From positions 2,464,001-2,528,000 of the forward strand of contig OZ253553.1 in NCBI GenBank assembly GCA_965262715.1: a stretch of DNA of 64,000 nt, in the 5' to 3' direction. This document shows positions 52,971 through 62,808 of this stretch, one piece after another; the first letter of the stretch is position 1, and each line of letters opens with the position of its first letter. Under the pieces are notes generated by a model that saw only the letters and a program-made list of their open reading frames with translations, did no database searches and was not told the origin of the DNA. This DNA comes from Bdellovibrionales bacterium. GTDB lineage: Bacteria; Bdellovibrionota; Bdellovibrionia; Bdellovibrionales; JAUICD01. The translations under genes were made by a program, and so were the position numbers.

Positions 52971-54845
52971 ATTAGGCCACTGTCCCACAAGATCGATTCT
53001 TCTTTCTAAATCTTGTATTTCTTGTTCTAAAGCACTCTTCTTTGGACTTTGTGAATCCATTACAGAAGACTCATCTGTACCTCCTCGAAAAAATCTATCA
53101 AAATCTCTTTGCTTATCTTGCAGTTCACTACCTAGAATTCGCAGTTCTTTGTTTTTATCCCGGCCCAATAAATTTTGACGTTCACAGTAGGCTTTTTCCT
53201 CTAAACAACCAGGATTAAACGATGAGTTTTGAAAGCTCAAAGCATCACATTGTCTAAATAATCTCACATCATCTCTATCAGGACAGTTTCCGTAGAGGAT
53301 AGCATTGAAGTGCACAGGATCAATAAGAGAAGTTTCTGTATTTTCAGTAAAAGTACTTTTCCATCTTTCAGCCCATTCAGACATAATACTATTTTTCTGC
53401 ATGACACGACAGTCAAACATTGGCCCTTCAGGAACATAACTTTTCAGCCCTTGTGATAAAAGCTCTGTTAACTTTGATTCATATGTATCACCAAAACCAA
53501 AGATATGGAATATTTCAGGAACATAACTTTTCAGCCCTTGTGATAAAAGCTCTATTAATTTTGATTCGTATGCATCACCAAAACCAAAAAAGTGTGCAAT
53601 TTCATGAAGTATAGCGTCACAGGAAGTAAGACTTATGTCATAATTCATATAAGATGTAGGAATCTTAACATCATGAATTCGAATAGAATATGTAGGATTA
53701 CAAGTGTTAGTTTGTTGAGCATCTTCAATATGAATAACAAGATTTTGCTCATGAGGTCCTCTGAGTTTGGGACCCGCCTGTCTCATGCAACTTCTGATCT
53801 TATCTATATAATATTCATGCACTTGGCCTTTAGGCACAGGCCCATCGTAGTAATTCAAACCCGGAAAAAATTCTAGAGCCACAGAAACCGTATAAGTGTT
53901 CCTTAATGTTCTATGAACTTTATAATGGGATTGCAGCTGAAAGAAAGATTTAGGAAATACATTCATACTTAAAAAAGGTACAGATAAAACCCTTTCTTCT
54001 CCAATTTTGTATTCACTGCAAATATCCTGTTGCTCAAAATCCTCTGTATCATCTGCCGATGAACGTCCGCTTTGCAAAGAAATATATTTTGAAGTATATC
54101 GCTTAGATGTCATATCCTCTAAAGATAAGATGCGTTCTAATATGAGATTTTCTGCTTCTACTAAACCTGAATGATAATGATGACTTCGTGCTGTTTTACT
54201 CTGAAAATTAAACATAAAATCTCTATATTGATTTAACTGCCTTCTCGATGCCCTTAACATAGGCCGAAGACAAGGTTGTCCCCCTCCTTTTAATGTGTTG
54301 ATCACATAATTATATTGAGTTTCTGATCCGTAGAGAAGCAGCTTTGCAACAGAATCATCATAACAGGCGTTTAAACAATCAGTTTGTATTTTTTGAATTG
54401 CCTCTTGCTCTATATATCTTGGCAAATTTCCTATAATACTCTGAGTGTCAGGTATGCGATCAATCCAATCCAAATTATCAGGTGTAGATCTATCTAACAC
54501 TTCCAGACAAATCAATCTTTCTCCATAGGACAAGTTACTACACCACTTGGTCGTCACATCTTGGAACCGTTCTCTGAGAGTTTGTAAAAACTGAGCGTTT
54601 TCACCATAAGATAATCTTAAGGGCTCTTCAGGTAAATAAGAGTATAGAGACATATCTAATGGATTCAGCTTGCGCTCTAAGGACGTGGCAAAATCAGTAC
54701 TCATAGTTGTTGTGCTAGCAGCTAGTTGAGAAGACACAAGAGAAAAAACCAATGTATGAAATAGAAAGAAGAGAAAAAAGATAAGAAAACTGTAAAGTAA
54801 CTTATAATAATTTCTAAGATCCATAGAAGTTTTTACAAACCTCAT
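52968..54845 (-). CDS. Secreted Cys-rich zinc metallopeptidase-like protein
   Basis: LHEIAHFFGFGDAY (HExxHxxGxxD) and downstream SIM Met-turn; N-terminal hydrophobic segment. Confidence 0.7.
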   Translation of the reverse strand: MRFVKTSMDLRNYYKLLYSFLIFFLFFLFHTLVFSLVSSQLAASTTTMSTDFATSLERKLNPLDMSLYSYLPEEPLRLSYGENAQFLQTLRERFQDVTTKWCSNLSYGERLICLEVLDRSTPDNLDWIDRIPDTQSIIGNLPRYIEQEAIQKIQTDCLNACYDDSVAKLLLYGSETQYNYVINTLKGGGQPCLRPMLRASRRQLNQYRDFMFNFQSKTARSHHYHSGLVEAENLILERILSLEDMTSKRYTSKYISLQSGRSSADDTEDFEQQDICSEYKIGEERVLSVPFLSMNVFPKSFFQLQSHYKVHRTLRNTYTVSVALEFFPGLNYYDGPVPKGQVHEYYIDKIRSCMRQAGPKLRGPHEQNLVIHIEDAQQTNTCNPTYSIRIHDVKIPTSYMNYDISLTSCDAILHEIAHFFGFGDAYESKLIELLSQGLKSYVPEIFHIFGFGDTYESKLTELLSQGLKSYVPEGPMFDCRVMQKNSIMSEWAERWKSTFTENTETSLIDPVHFNAILYGNCPDRDDVRLFRQCDALSFQNSSFNPGCLEEKAYCERQNLLGRDKNKELRILGSELQDKQRDFDRFFRGGTDESSVMDSQSPKKSALEQEIQDLERRIDLVGQWPN

Positions 54846-55263
54846 CAGTTAAGGATAGGCCTATGATACAAATAAGAATAAATTGATCTTTAATTACAAT
54901 ATTTTGTGACCTATATCCCTAAGTAACAGTTCATCTTGTAATACTTGCAAGAGCAAGTAGAAAAACCATTTCTGTAACTATTTTGGTTCATGGCATCTTA
55001 AGTAGTTAATTTTTATGGCTCATAACTAGAAGCCCTCTCAAAAGTCTTGTTTGTCCTACAAATAAAGTAAAGCTCAAATAAGACTTAAGTATTTTGATAT
55101 AGCTTATATAAATAAGCTCCTAGTTGATCTGCCTGTTTTGCTAAGTCAACATGGCCTATCATATTCAATATAGCTTGAGCTGTTTCACTCAAAATGAACT
55201 AGCCTCTTGAGGCAAACCTCTTTGAGGATTGTCCATGAAATAAATCTAGGTACTGATCTGGTC

Positions 55264-56570
55264 TGTACCCCATAAACTGGAGAGTTAAGTGATAAAGTAA
55301 CTCACTTGTGATTCCTGAACTTTAGCTATAAAAAGCTATAAGAGCAGGAGGAAGATCATGGGCAAAGTAAGAAGACGATTTAATGTTGAATTCAAGGAAG
55401 CTATTTGTGAATCGATCAATGAAGACAAATCTTTGTTAGAGATTTGCAAGGAGCATCAACTTCATCGCCAGACAATCTTAGAATGGTTTAACAAGTATCA
55501 ACAAGGGACATCATTGGGAAACTCTTCATCAAGGGAGAGATCTCTAGAGAGACAAGTATATGCTCTTCAGGTAAAGGTAGGACAGCTGAGCCTAGAGAGC
55601 GAGTTTTTAAAAAAGGCCAAAAAGGAGCTTCAGCAGAGGAAAAGCGTGAGATCGTCGGTAATCACTGGAAAGAATTTGGATCAATTTCAAAAACGTGTAA
55701 AGCGTTAGGATTACCTTTAAGCAGCTACTATTACAAGAAGAAGTTTTCGCAGCAAGAGCGAGAGCAAAAGGATTTTGATTTGAAAGAGCAGATTGAGAGG
55801 ATACAGTGTGCATATCCTATGTATGGGATACGGCGCATTCAATTAGAACTTGAGCAAGAGATAGGTATTAAAGCCAACCGCAAGAGGATTGCTCGCATTA
55901 TGCGGAAATACGGTTTAAAGGCTTTGATTTACAAGGGTTTTAGAGTTTCAACCACAGATTCTAAACATTCAAATCGAGTTTATCCGAATTTAACCTTTGG
56001 CATTGAAGTGAATAGGCCAAATCAGCTTTGGGTAACAGATATTACATACATTAGGATTCAAGATGGTTTTGTTTTTTTAGCAGTGATTTTAGGTATTTTT
56101 TCAAGGAAGATTTTAGGGTGGGCTATTTCTAGAGAGATCAACATAGAGCTTTGTTTAGGAGCTTTAGAGATGAGTTTAGAGCAGAGATCAGATGCTAAAG
56201 GATGTATTCATCATAGTGATCAAGGTGTCCAATACACCAGTAAGGATTATACCCACAAGCTTAAAGAAAAAGGCTTTAAGATCAGTATGTCGAGAAAAGC
56301 CAATTGTTGGGATAATGCATTTGTTGAATCTTTCTTTAGCTCTTTAAAAAGAGAAGAAGTTCATCTGTGTGAATATAAAACTTTTGAAGATGTGTTAAGA
56401 AGTATTCCAAAGTTTATCGAAGGTATGTATAATAAAAAAAGGCGACATTCTTCATTAGGTTACTTATCACCTAATGAGTTTGAAGCTAAATGGAAAATAG
56501 GAGAATTAACAACAATGGGAATCTCAGCAGTGAGTAAAATATGGAACGGATCCTCCAAATAAAGGGTACA
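55264..56570 (+). mobile_element. IS3-family insertion sequence
   Basis: TG...CA ends (TGTACCCCATAAACTGGAG / CTCCAAATAAAGGGTACA); orfA and orfB. Confidence 0.92.
55358..56562 (+). CDS. IS3 transposase OrfAB via -1 frameshift (orfA 55358-55708)
   Basis: Slippery TTTTTAAAAAAG at 55604-55615; -1 frame open through WVTD, HSD, ESFF (DDE). Confidence 0.9.
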
Positions 56571-56593
56571 CCTCACTGATGGCAAGAATAAAA

Positions 56594-56762
56594 TTTCCCT
56601 AACATTGTGTTAAGAAACAAGAAGATCCTACTAAAATGCATCAGGCTTTCTAGGTAGTCAGCTATTTGCCGACGGCCGTAAGAGCCGTCGGGCTTACTGC
56701 CAGAAAGTGACCAGAGGCTCGCCTCGAGAGGTTCGCCTCGAGAGGTCAGATGCATTTTAGTG
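56594..56762 (-). repeat. Structured element family I, divergent full-length copy
   Basis: CACTAAAATGCATC/GATGCATTTTAGTA outer stem; two 14-bp units. Confidence 0.8.
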
Positions 56763-56798
56763 AAAAAAAAGCAGTACTGATTATAAGGTATATTTAAG

Positions 56799-57239
56799 AT
56801 GAACTTACTCACTTTTGTAGCAACACTTATAATTTTTATCTTCCTCAATCTTAATTATTTTTCTTTCTCTCAAACACCTAACAACCTCAAAAACACTCCC
56901 ACTACCTACAAGAAGACTGAAGATAACAAAAAATGCACAAGTACAAAAGAAGAACTTTTACAAGAATATCGTGAAAAATATAAAGAAGAGTATAAGGATG
57001 CTGGCTTTCAGTGGTCTAAATGGGCTTACATCATCCGTAGATGTGAACTTAAAAGTCAAAAGTGTGAATGTAAATATGGTAAACGAGAGAAAAGAATCAC
57101 AAATGATCTAATACAACTGAGATCTGAATTCCAACAAAGACATGGAGAACCATTTCGATATGGATCTCAAAGAACCCAATTTGGCAGAATGAAAGCAGAC
57201 ATCGAATTTGAAAATAACTGCGGTTGTCATGGAGAGTAA
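56799..57239 (+). CDS. Hypothetical small secreted Cys-containing protein
   Basis: Signal peptide; six Cys. Confidence 0.65.
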   Translation: MNLLTFVATLIIFIFLNLNYFSFSQTPNNLKNTPTTYKKTEDNKKCTSTKEELLQEYREKYKEEYKDAGFQWSKWAYIIRRCELKSQKCECKYGKREKRITNDLIQLRSEFQQRHGEPFRYGSQRTQFGRMKADIEFENNCGCHGE

Positions 57240-57248
57240 AAATAGATG

Positions 57249-58433
57249 CTACGGAATTAAAACTTCTTTTGGAAGAGGATGTGAGTTATAAAAATTAGCC
57301 ATGGAATGACCATAAGCTCCAACATTAAAAATAGCTAAAAGGTCATCCTGTTCTAGCCCTCTAAAAAACCTTGATTTTCCAAGAACATCTGCTGACTCAC
57401 AAATAGGGCCGACAACATCATACACTTTTCCTACACCTTCTTTTTCTCTTAAATTCAATATCTCATGGTAAGCATTATAAAGCACGGGACGTAATAGGTG
57501 ATGCATCCCTGTATCCACCACAGCAAAGTTTCTATAACGTGTGTTTTTAATATATTGAACTTGTGTTAAAAGTATTCCCGAAGGAGCTATAATGACTCTG
57601 CCTGGTTCACACAAAATATGACAACCTAAAGGTTGCAATATATCTCGAACCATCTGGCCATAACTAGCAACATCAGGACTTTGTTGCTTGTGATGATAAG
57701 AAACTCCAAGCCCTCCTCCTATATCAAAACGATCTACTGGAAATCCTAAAAATTGAAAATGTTTATAAACAGGAATGGTTTTTGAAATAGCTTCTTTTAT
57801 CACATTTGCATTTAAAATTTGAGACCCTATATGGAGGGTCACTCCTTTTAAAATTAACTTTTTATGTTTGCTTAATAGCTGTTCTAAATCTGGTAAAAAT
57901 GAGCTATCCATACCAAATTTATTTTCTCTAAAACCAGTTGTGATATGAGGATGCGTGTCTGGACTCACATTAGGGTTATAACGAAAAGCCACAGAAGCTG
58001 ATTTTTGAAGTCTTTGCGCAATGCGCCCAATACGATCAAGCTCTTGAGGGCTTTCTACATTGATTTGTTTGATACCCTTTTCAATAGCAAACTCTAATTC
58101 TTCTACTGTTTTAGCTACTCCAGAGAAAATCACATCTGAAGGTTTAAAACCTGCTAAAAATGCCTTTTTGATTTCTCCAATAGAAACAACATCTACACCC
58201 ACACCTTGTTTTTGTATTAACTGCAGAATTTCATGATTTGAATTGCTTTTTATAGAGAAATAAACGGTTGCTTCATGGTTAAAAGCTTGTAGATAAGTCT
58301 GTAACCGCTCGCAGATCACAGAGGTAGAATAAACATAAAGTGGTGTTTTATGTTGTGTAGCTAACTGACTTAAAAGTGTTCCTTTGAAATAAAGCTCTCC
58401 TTTTTCATAATAAGTGTAGGGCGTGTGCTGCAT
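57249..58433 (-). CDS. lysA: Diaminopimelate decarboxylase
   Basis: FSIKSN, HIGSQ, EPGR, GPICESAD, GAYG motifs. Confidence 0.96.
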   Translation of the reverse strand: MQHTPYTYYEKGELYFKGTLLSQLATQHKTPLYVYSTSVICERLQTYLQAFNHEATVYFSIKSNSNHEILQLIQKQGVGVDVVSIGEIKKAFLAGFKPSDVIFSGVAKTVEELEFAIEKGIKQINVESPQELDRIGRIAQRLQKSASVAFRYNPNVSPDTHPHITTGFRENKFGMDSSFLPDLEQLLSKHKKLILKGVTLHIGSQILNANVIKEAISKTIPVYKHFQFLGFPVDRFDIGGGLGVSYHHKQQSPDVASYGQMVRDILQPLGCHILCEPGRVIIAPSGILLTQVQYIKNTRYRNFAVVDTGMHHLLRPVLYNAYHEILNLREKEGVGKVYDVVGPICESADVLGKSRFFRGLEQDDLLAIFNVGAYGHSMANFYNSHPLPKEVLIP

Positions 58434-58471
58434 GATTCACTCGTTTATACTTTTTAAGCGATACGTTAACT

Positions 58472-59764
58472 TTATAGCAAAACTTTGTTATCAGATTCAT
58501 TTAAATGTGTTTTTGAGTGATCATCAACTAACTTTATAAGATTTTGATCTTTATCCAGTTGAAAAGCTGAATGCAAATGGTTGATGGCCTTTTTAAGATG
58601 TTTTTGATCAATAATAGCACTGATCTTTATCTCTGATGTTGTGATAAGGTGAATAGATATACCCAATTCAGATAAACTACGGAAAAACTTTGCTGCCACT
58701 CCTGGATGACTTCTCATACCCATACCCACAACACTCACCTTAGATATGTTGTCTAAAATTTCTATTTGAGCCTCTTTATGAAACTCTTTAGCTATTTGAC
58801 AAACTGTTGTTTTATCTTCTGTAGGAATAGAAAAGGCAACTCTTTGTTTTCCTTCTCTATGGCTTTGTGTGATGATATCTATAACAACACCTTTTTGGGC
58901 AAGCTCTTCAAATAAACTTGCTAAGATTTCAGTTCCTAATGGCAGAGGAAAGAGCTTAACAACAATTGTAGCTCTTTCATGCGTGACAGCAGTTACATTT
59001 GGGCTTTCCATACGACTCCTTACTTTTGGTAATATCCATGTTCCTTCCTGTTTTTCAAAGGACGATCGGACATGGATACAAACTTGAAACTTTGAGGCCA
59101 ATTCTACGCTACGTATATTTAAAATACGACAACCTAAAGAGGCCATTTCCATCATTTCTTCAAAATTCAACTCAGAGATTCCACTCGCTTTTGGTACAAG
59201 GCGAGGATCTGCAGAATAAACAGCCGGCATATCTGTGTAAATTTCACATACAGAGCTTTTTAAAGCATAAGCTAAAGCCACCGCTGAAGTGTCAGAACCT
59301 CCACGTCCTAATGTTGTGATATTTCTATCAGCATCTACTCCCTGAAAACCTGCTACAATAGGAATACCTCCAGCATCTATAAAATCTAAGAGCCTTTTTG
59401 TCTCTATTTTTTGTATACGAGCCTTTGAAAAAAGTGAATCTGTTAAGATAGAAAGCTGATAAGCTAAAAAAGGCTTCGCTTTAACTCCCAAGCTATTTAA
59501 AGACATTGAAAGCAGTGCAATAGAAACCTGTTCTCCTGAAGCAAGCAGCATATCATAATCAGGTCCTCTAAAGCCAGGAAAGATAGATTCGGCCATAGTA
59601 ACAAGTCGATTTGTCTCTCCTGACATAGCAGAAGCTACAATAACAGGAAGTTCCCCCTTAGCTCTATCTTCAGATATTCTTTGTGCTATAGATTGTATCT
59701 GTTCTATACTATTTAGAGATGTCCCTCCAAACTTCTTGACACAAATGGCATTTTTAGATTCCAC
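58472..59764 (-). CDS. lysC: Aspartate kinase
   Basis: KFGGTS, TTLGRGGSDTSA motifs; ACT domains with TSEIKIS. Confidence 0.96.
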   Translation of the reverse strand: MESKNAICVKKFGGTSLNSIEQIQSIAQRISEDRAKGELPVIVASAMSGETNRLVTMAESIFPGFRGPDYDMLLASGEQVSIALLSMSLNSLGVKAKPFLAYQLSILTDSLFSKARIQKIETKRLLDFIDAGGIPIVAGFQGVDADRNITTLGRGGSDTSAVALAYALKSSVCEIYTDMPAVYSADPRLVPKASGISELNFEEMMEMASLGCRILNIRSVELASKFQVCIHVRSSFEKQEGTWILPKVRSRMESPNVTAVTHERATIVVKLFPLPLGTEILASLFEELAQKGVVIDIITQSHREGKQRVAFSIPTEDKTTVCQIAKEFHKEAQIEILDNISKVSVVGMGMRSHPGVAAKFFRSLSELGISIHLITTSEIKISAIIDQKHLKKAINHLHSAFQLDKDQNLIKLVDDHSKTHLNESDNKVLL

Positions 59765-59831
59765 TATAATCTCTCTTATTGTTGAATATTTTATAAATAA
59801 TAACGCATTATTGTAATAGAAGAGGTCCTTT

Positions 59832-60485
59832 TTGGAAAGCTTTATTTTTGGTTATACAGAAAATAAACTGCCTATTTTAGGGCACCGGTTTGGCCACATG
59901 AATGAGGGTATACCTCTTTTGATCTTAGGCGGAGTGCATGGGGATGAAATTGAAGGTGTTATAGCTGCACAAGGGCTTCTAAATGCCTTTGCCTTAAAGG
60001 AATTTCCTCATTTATTAGATTTAACTCTTGTACCTGTACTCAATTATGATGGCTTTTTATCTGGAAAACGCTGTAATGCGTCTGGCGTAGACCTTAACAG
60101 AAATCTACCCACAACAGATTGGCAAGCAAAAGCTTTAAAACCTAAATACCATCCAGGGCTAAAACCCAATAGTGAATCAGAAAATCAATCTCTGGTATCT
60201 TATACTAAACAAACAAATCCTAAATATATTATCTCTCTTCATTCATGGAAGCCTCTATTAAATGTGAACGGTGACATAAAGAGTTTAGCAATAAAAATTT
60301 CCCGATATACAAACTATGAAATTGTAGAAGATATTGGTTATGCTACACCAGGTAGCTTAGGCACTTATGGTCAAGAAAACAGCATTCCTGTCTTAACTTA
60401 TGAGATAGAAAGAGGCCTTTCTACAGAAAAGATATTACAAGTTCATGTGCCTGCAATTGTAAATGCTCTCAAAGAAGAATTTTAA
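59832..60485 (+). CDS. mpaA: Murein peptide amidase A (M14 zinc carboxypeptidase)
   Basis: GGVHGDE, GVDLNRN, SLHSW, GYATPGSLG motifs. Confidence 0.85.
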   Translation: MESFIFGYTENKLPILGHRFGHMNEGIPLLILGGVHGDEIEGVIAAQGLLNAFALKEFPHLLDLTLVPVLNYDGFLSGKRCNASGVDLNRNLPTTDWQAKALKPKYHPGLKPNSESENQSLVSYTKQTNPKYIISLHSWKPLLNVNGDIKSLAIKISRYTNYEIVEDIGYATPGSLGTYGQENSIPVLTYEIERGLSTEKILQVHVPAIVNALKEEF

Positions 60486-60650
60486 TTTAAAATAAGGTTC
60501 ACATAACTAGAAACCCTCTCAAAAATAAAGTCCTGTATTTTGCTTTTGCGAATTACAAAGTTAAAATAACAAATCATTATTATCCCGGGGTCTGGCAATC
60601 AGGCAATCGGTGTCTGGAAACTGGCGTCCATTCTGGAGACTTAGGTTATT
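60413..60650. repeat. 238-bp target-site duplication, left copy
   Basis: Identical by eye to 62571-62808; abuts IS TIR. Confidence 0.95.
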
Positions 60651-62570
60651 CCTGACTTCGACGGTTTAAACTTATAAGTTACTGGGATCATTGGATGATA
60701 CATTACATCATAGGCACTACAATTGATTTTTAGTTATGTATTAAGTGTATTTTTATTCAATAAGATAAGGTGTTGTAGAGTGCTTAAGTCCCATAATCTG
60801 ATAGATTTTCAGAGCTTCCTTACTTATATTTGAAGGTATAGAGTACTTTCTGTTATTGGTTTGATCTACTAATAAACTATGCTGTACATGGATTAAAGCA
60901 TTTCGTATAACTTCCGGTGAACAGGATTGGTATTGTATCTTAATTCTGTAAGCTAAGTGTCTTATACAGACTAAACAGATAAAAGCAATGGCTATGTGTG
61001 CTTTGATCCGATCTGATGTCCAGTGAAATATAGGACGTATTTTTAAATCATGCTTAGCTATCCGGAATGTTTCTTCGACTTGCCATAACCCCTTATATTG
61101 GCTAATAATGTCTAAATCATCCATATCTTTGAGGTTTGTTATGACTCCAAACAAACCATCCCACTTTTGATCTTCTTTGACTCGATTTTCATTGACTGAA
61201 AGCTTTTGTTTCTTGCCTGTGACTTTTAAATACTTCTTATAACCGTAATTGTTTAATAAAGTCTTCACATCTTGAGCCTTTGAGAGTTTCTTAACTAAAC
61301 TATCTATAGTTTGTTGACGATCATGTCGATCTTTCTCCGCTCTCTTATAAGAATAACAAACTATCACTTTCCTCTTATTATCTTTATCTTCTAATGATTG
61401 AATCTTGAAACCTTCTTGTTTACTGACAATTTTGTACTTTGACTTATCTAATACAAGCTCTTGTTTTACTTTTGGTAATTTCTTAAGCTTAGCTCCTACA
61501 ATATAATGAAGATTCTCATCTTCTAGTGCTTTTAAATTATCTTCACTTAACATTCCTCTATCAGCGACATAAATAGCTTGTTCTAAGTTATATTTAGACT
61601 TCATCTCTTTTATCACTGGATTTAAGGTATGACCCTCGAAGATAGCACCCGGGAAAGTCTCGTAACTGACAGGAAAACCTTCTTTGGTCACAACGACTGC
61701 TAAACACACTTGAGATTCTTTAAACTTAGCATCTTTACTGTAACCTCTTTGTCTTAAATCATCTTCAATAATTGATTCAAAATACAGTGTCGTACAATCA
61801 AAAAACAAAACTTTCAAAGGCTCTTTAAAAACCTTTTGTGCCACTTGACCTGCCAGTCTCTTTATCTTATCTATCCTTTTGCTATCTAAACGATCCATCA
61901 TGCGATAAATCTTCTCTAACGAAATATGAACTCCAAAATCCTCTTCTAAAAATCGACTGCTCTCTCTTTTACTTTGAGGATTAGCTATCCGAGCCATCAC
62001 TGTATGAAATAAAACCCAATGTGATGAATGATAACGACTCACTGGTAAAATGCGATCTAAACCTAATTCCTTGTACATAGCTCCATAAACCTCATGAATA
62101 CCTACAATGACTCTTTGATCTTCCCTTAGTTTCTTAAGATCTACTTTTAAGGGTTTATTGCAATGACGAAACTTGGACTCAATCACTTGTTTAGAAATCT
62201 CTTCCGGAGCAAAAAAAGATAATTGATTTTCATTTGTTAGTTTAGCTTTGATGAATTCTCCAAGCTCTTGAAGACGAAATAGCTCATCCTCATCTTGAGC
62301 CACTCCGACATGACGGATGATCTTTTGGCGAACTTTATTGCCATAACGGATAGAATCAACGATCTGAACTGACTGCCTTGGACTGTTTGGTGTGCTTTTG
62401 ATTCTTACAAACATAAAAATAATTTAATGCTTATTAAAAAAAAAGTCAAAATAAAAATAAAAATAATCTGACTTGGTGTGTTACTAGGCACTACATCGAA
62501 AACTTACTCCAAAATCCTATAACCATCAATGTTACAAAACCAATACCGAACATAAACCGTCGAAGTCAGG
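60651..62570 (-). mobile_element. IS1634-family insertion sequence, 1920 bp
   Basis: Perfect 18-bp TIR CCTGACTTCGACGGTTTA. Confidence 0.93.
60753..62414 (-). CDS. IS1634-family transposase
   Basis: FFDCTTLYFE, GYSKD, VADRGM, YKGLWQVEETFRIAK, RPIFHW motifs. Confidence 0.95.
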   Translation of the reverse strand: MFVRIKSTPNSPRQSVQIVDSIRYGNKVRQKIIRHVGVAQDEDELFRLQELGEFIKAKLTNENQLSFFAPEEISKQVIESKFRHCNKPLKVDLKKLREDQRVIVGIHEVYGAMYKELGLDRILPVSRYHSSHWVLFHTVMARIANPQSKRESSRFLEEDFGVHISLEKIYRMMDRLDSKRIDKIKRLAGQVAQKVFKEPLKVLFFDCTTLYFESIIEDDLRQRGYSKDAKFKESQVCLAVVVTKEGFPVSYETFPGAIFEGHTLNPVIKEMKSKYNLEQAIYVADRGMLSEDNLKALEDENLHYIVGAKLKKLPKVKQELVLDKSKYKIVSKQEGFKIQSLEDKDNKRKVIVCYSYKRAEKDRHDRQQTIDSLVKKLSKAQDVKTLLNNYGYKKYLKVTGKKQKLSVNENRVKEDQKWDGLFGVITNLKDMDDLDIISQYKGLWQVEETFRIAKHDLKIRPIFHWTSDRIKAHIAIAFICLVCIRHLAYRIKIQYQSCSPEVIRNALIHVQHSLLVDQTNNRKYSIPSNISKEALKIYQIMGLKHSTTPYLIE

Positions 62571-62808
62571 AGGCCTTTCTACAGAAAAGATATTACAAGT
62601 TCATGTGCCTGCAATTGTAAATGCTCTCAAAGAAGAATTTTAATTTAAAATAAGGTTCACATAACTAGAAACCCTCTCAAAAATAAAGTCCTGTATTTTG
62701 CTTTTGCGAATTACAAAGTTAAAATAACAAATCATTATTATCCCGGGGTCTGGCAATCAGGCAATCGGTGTCTGGAAACTGGCGTCCATTCTGGAGACTT
62801 AGGTTATT
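62571..62808. repeat. 238-bp target-site duplication, right copy (includes mpaA 3' end)
   Basis: Identical by eye to 60413-60650. Confidence 0.95.

Noticed and set aside
53427..53600. 87-bp duplication as a DGR TR/VR pair
   Set aside because: Core mismatches are transitions in both directions, not adenine-specific; tandem and in-frame
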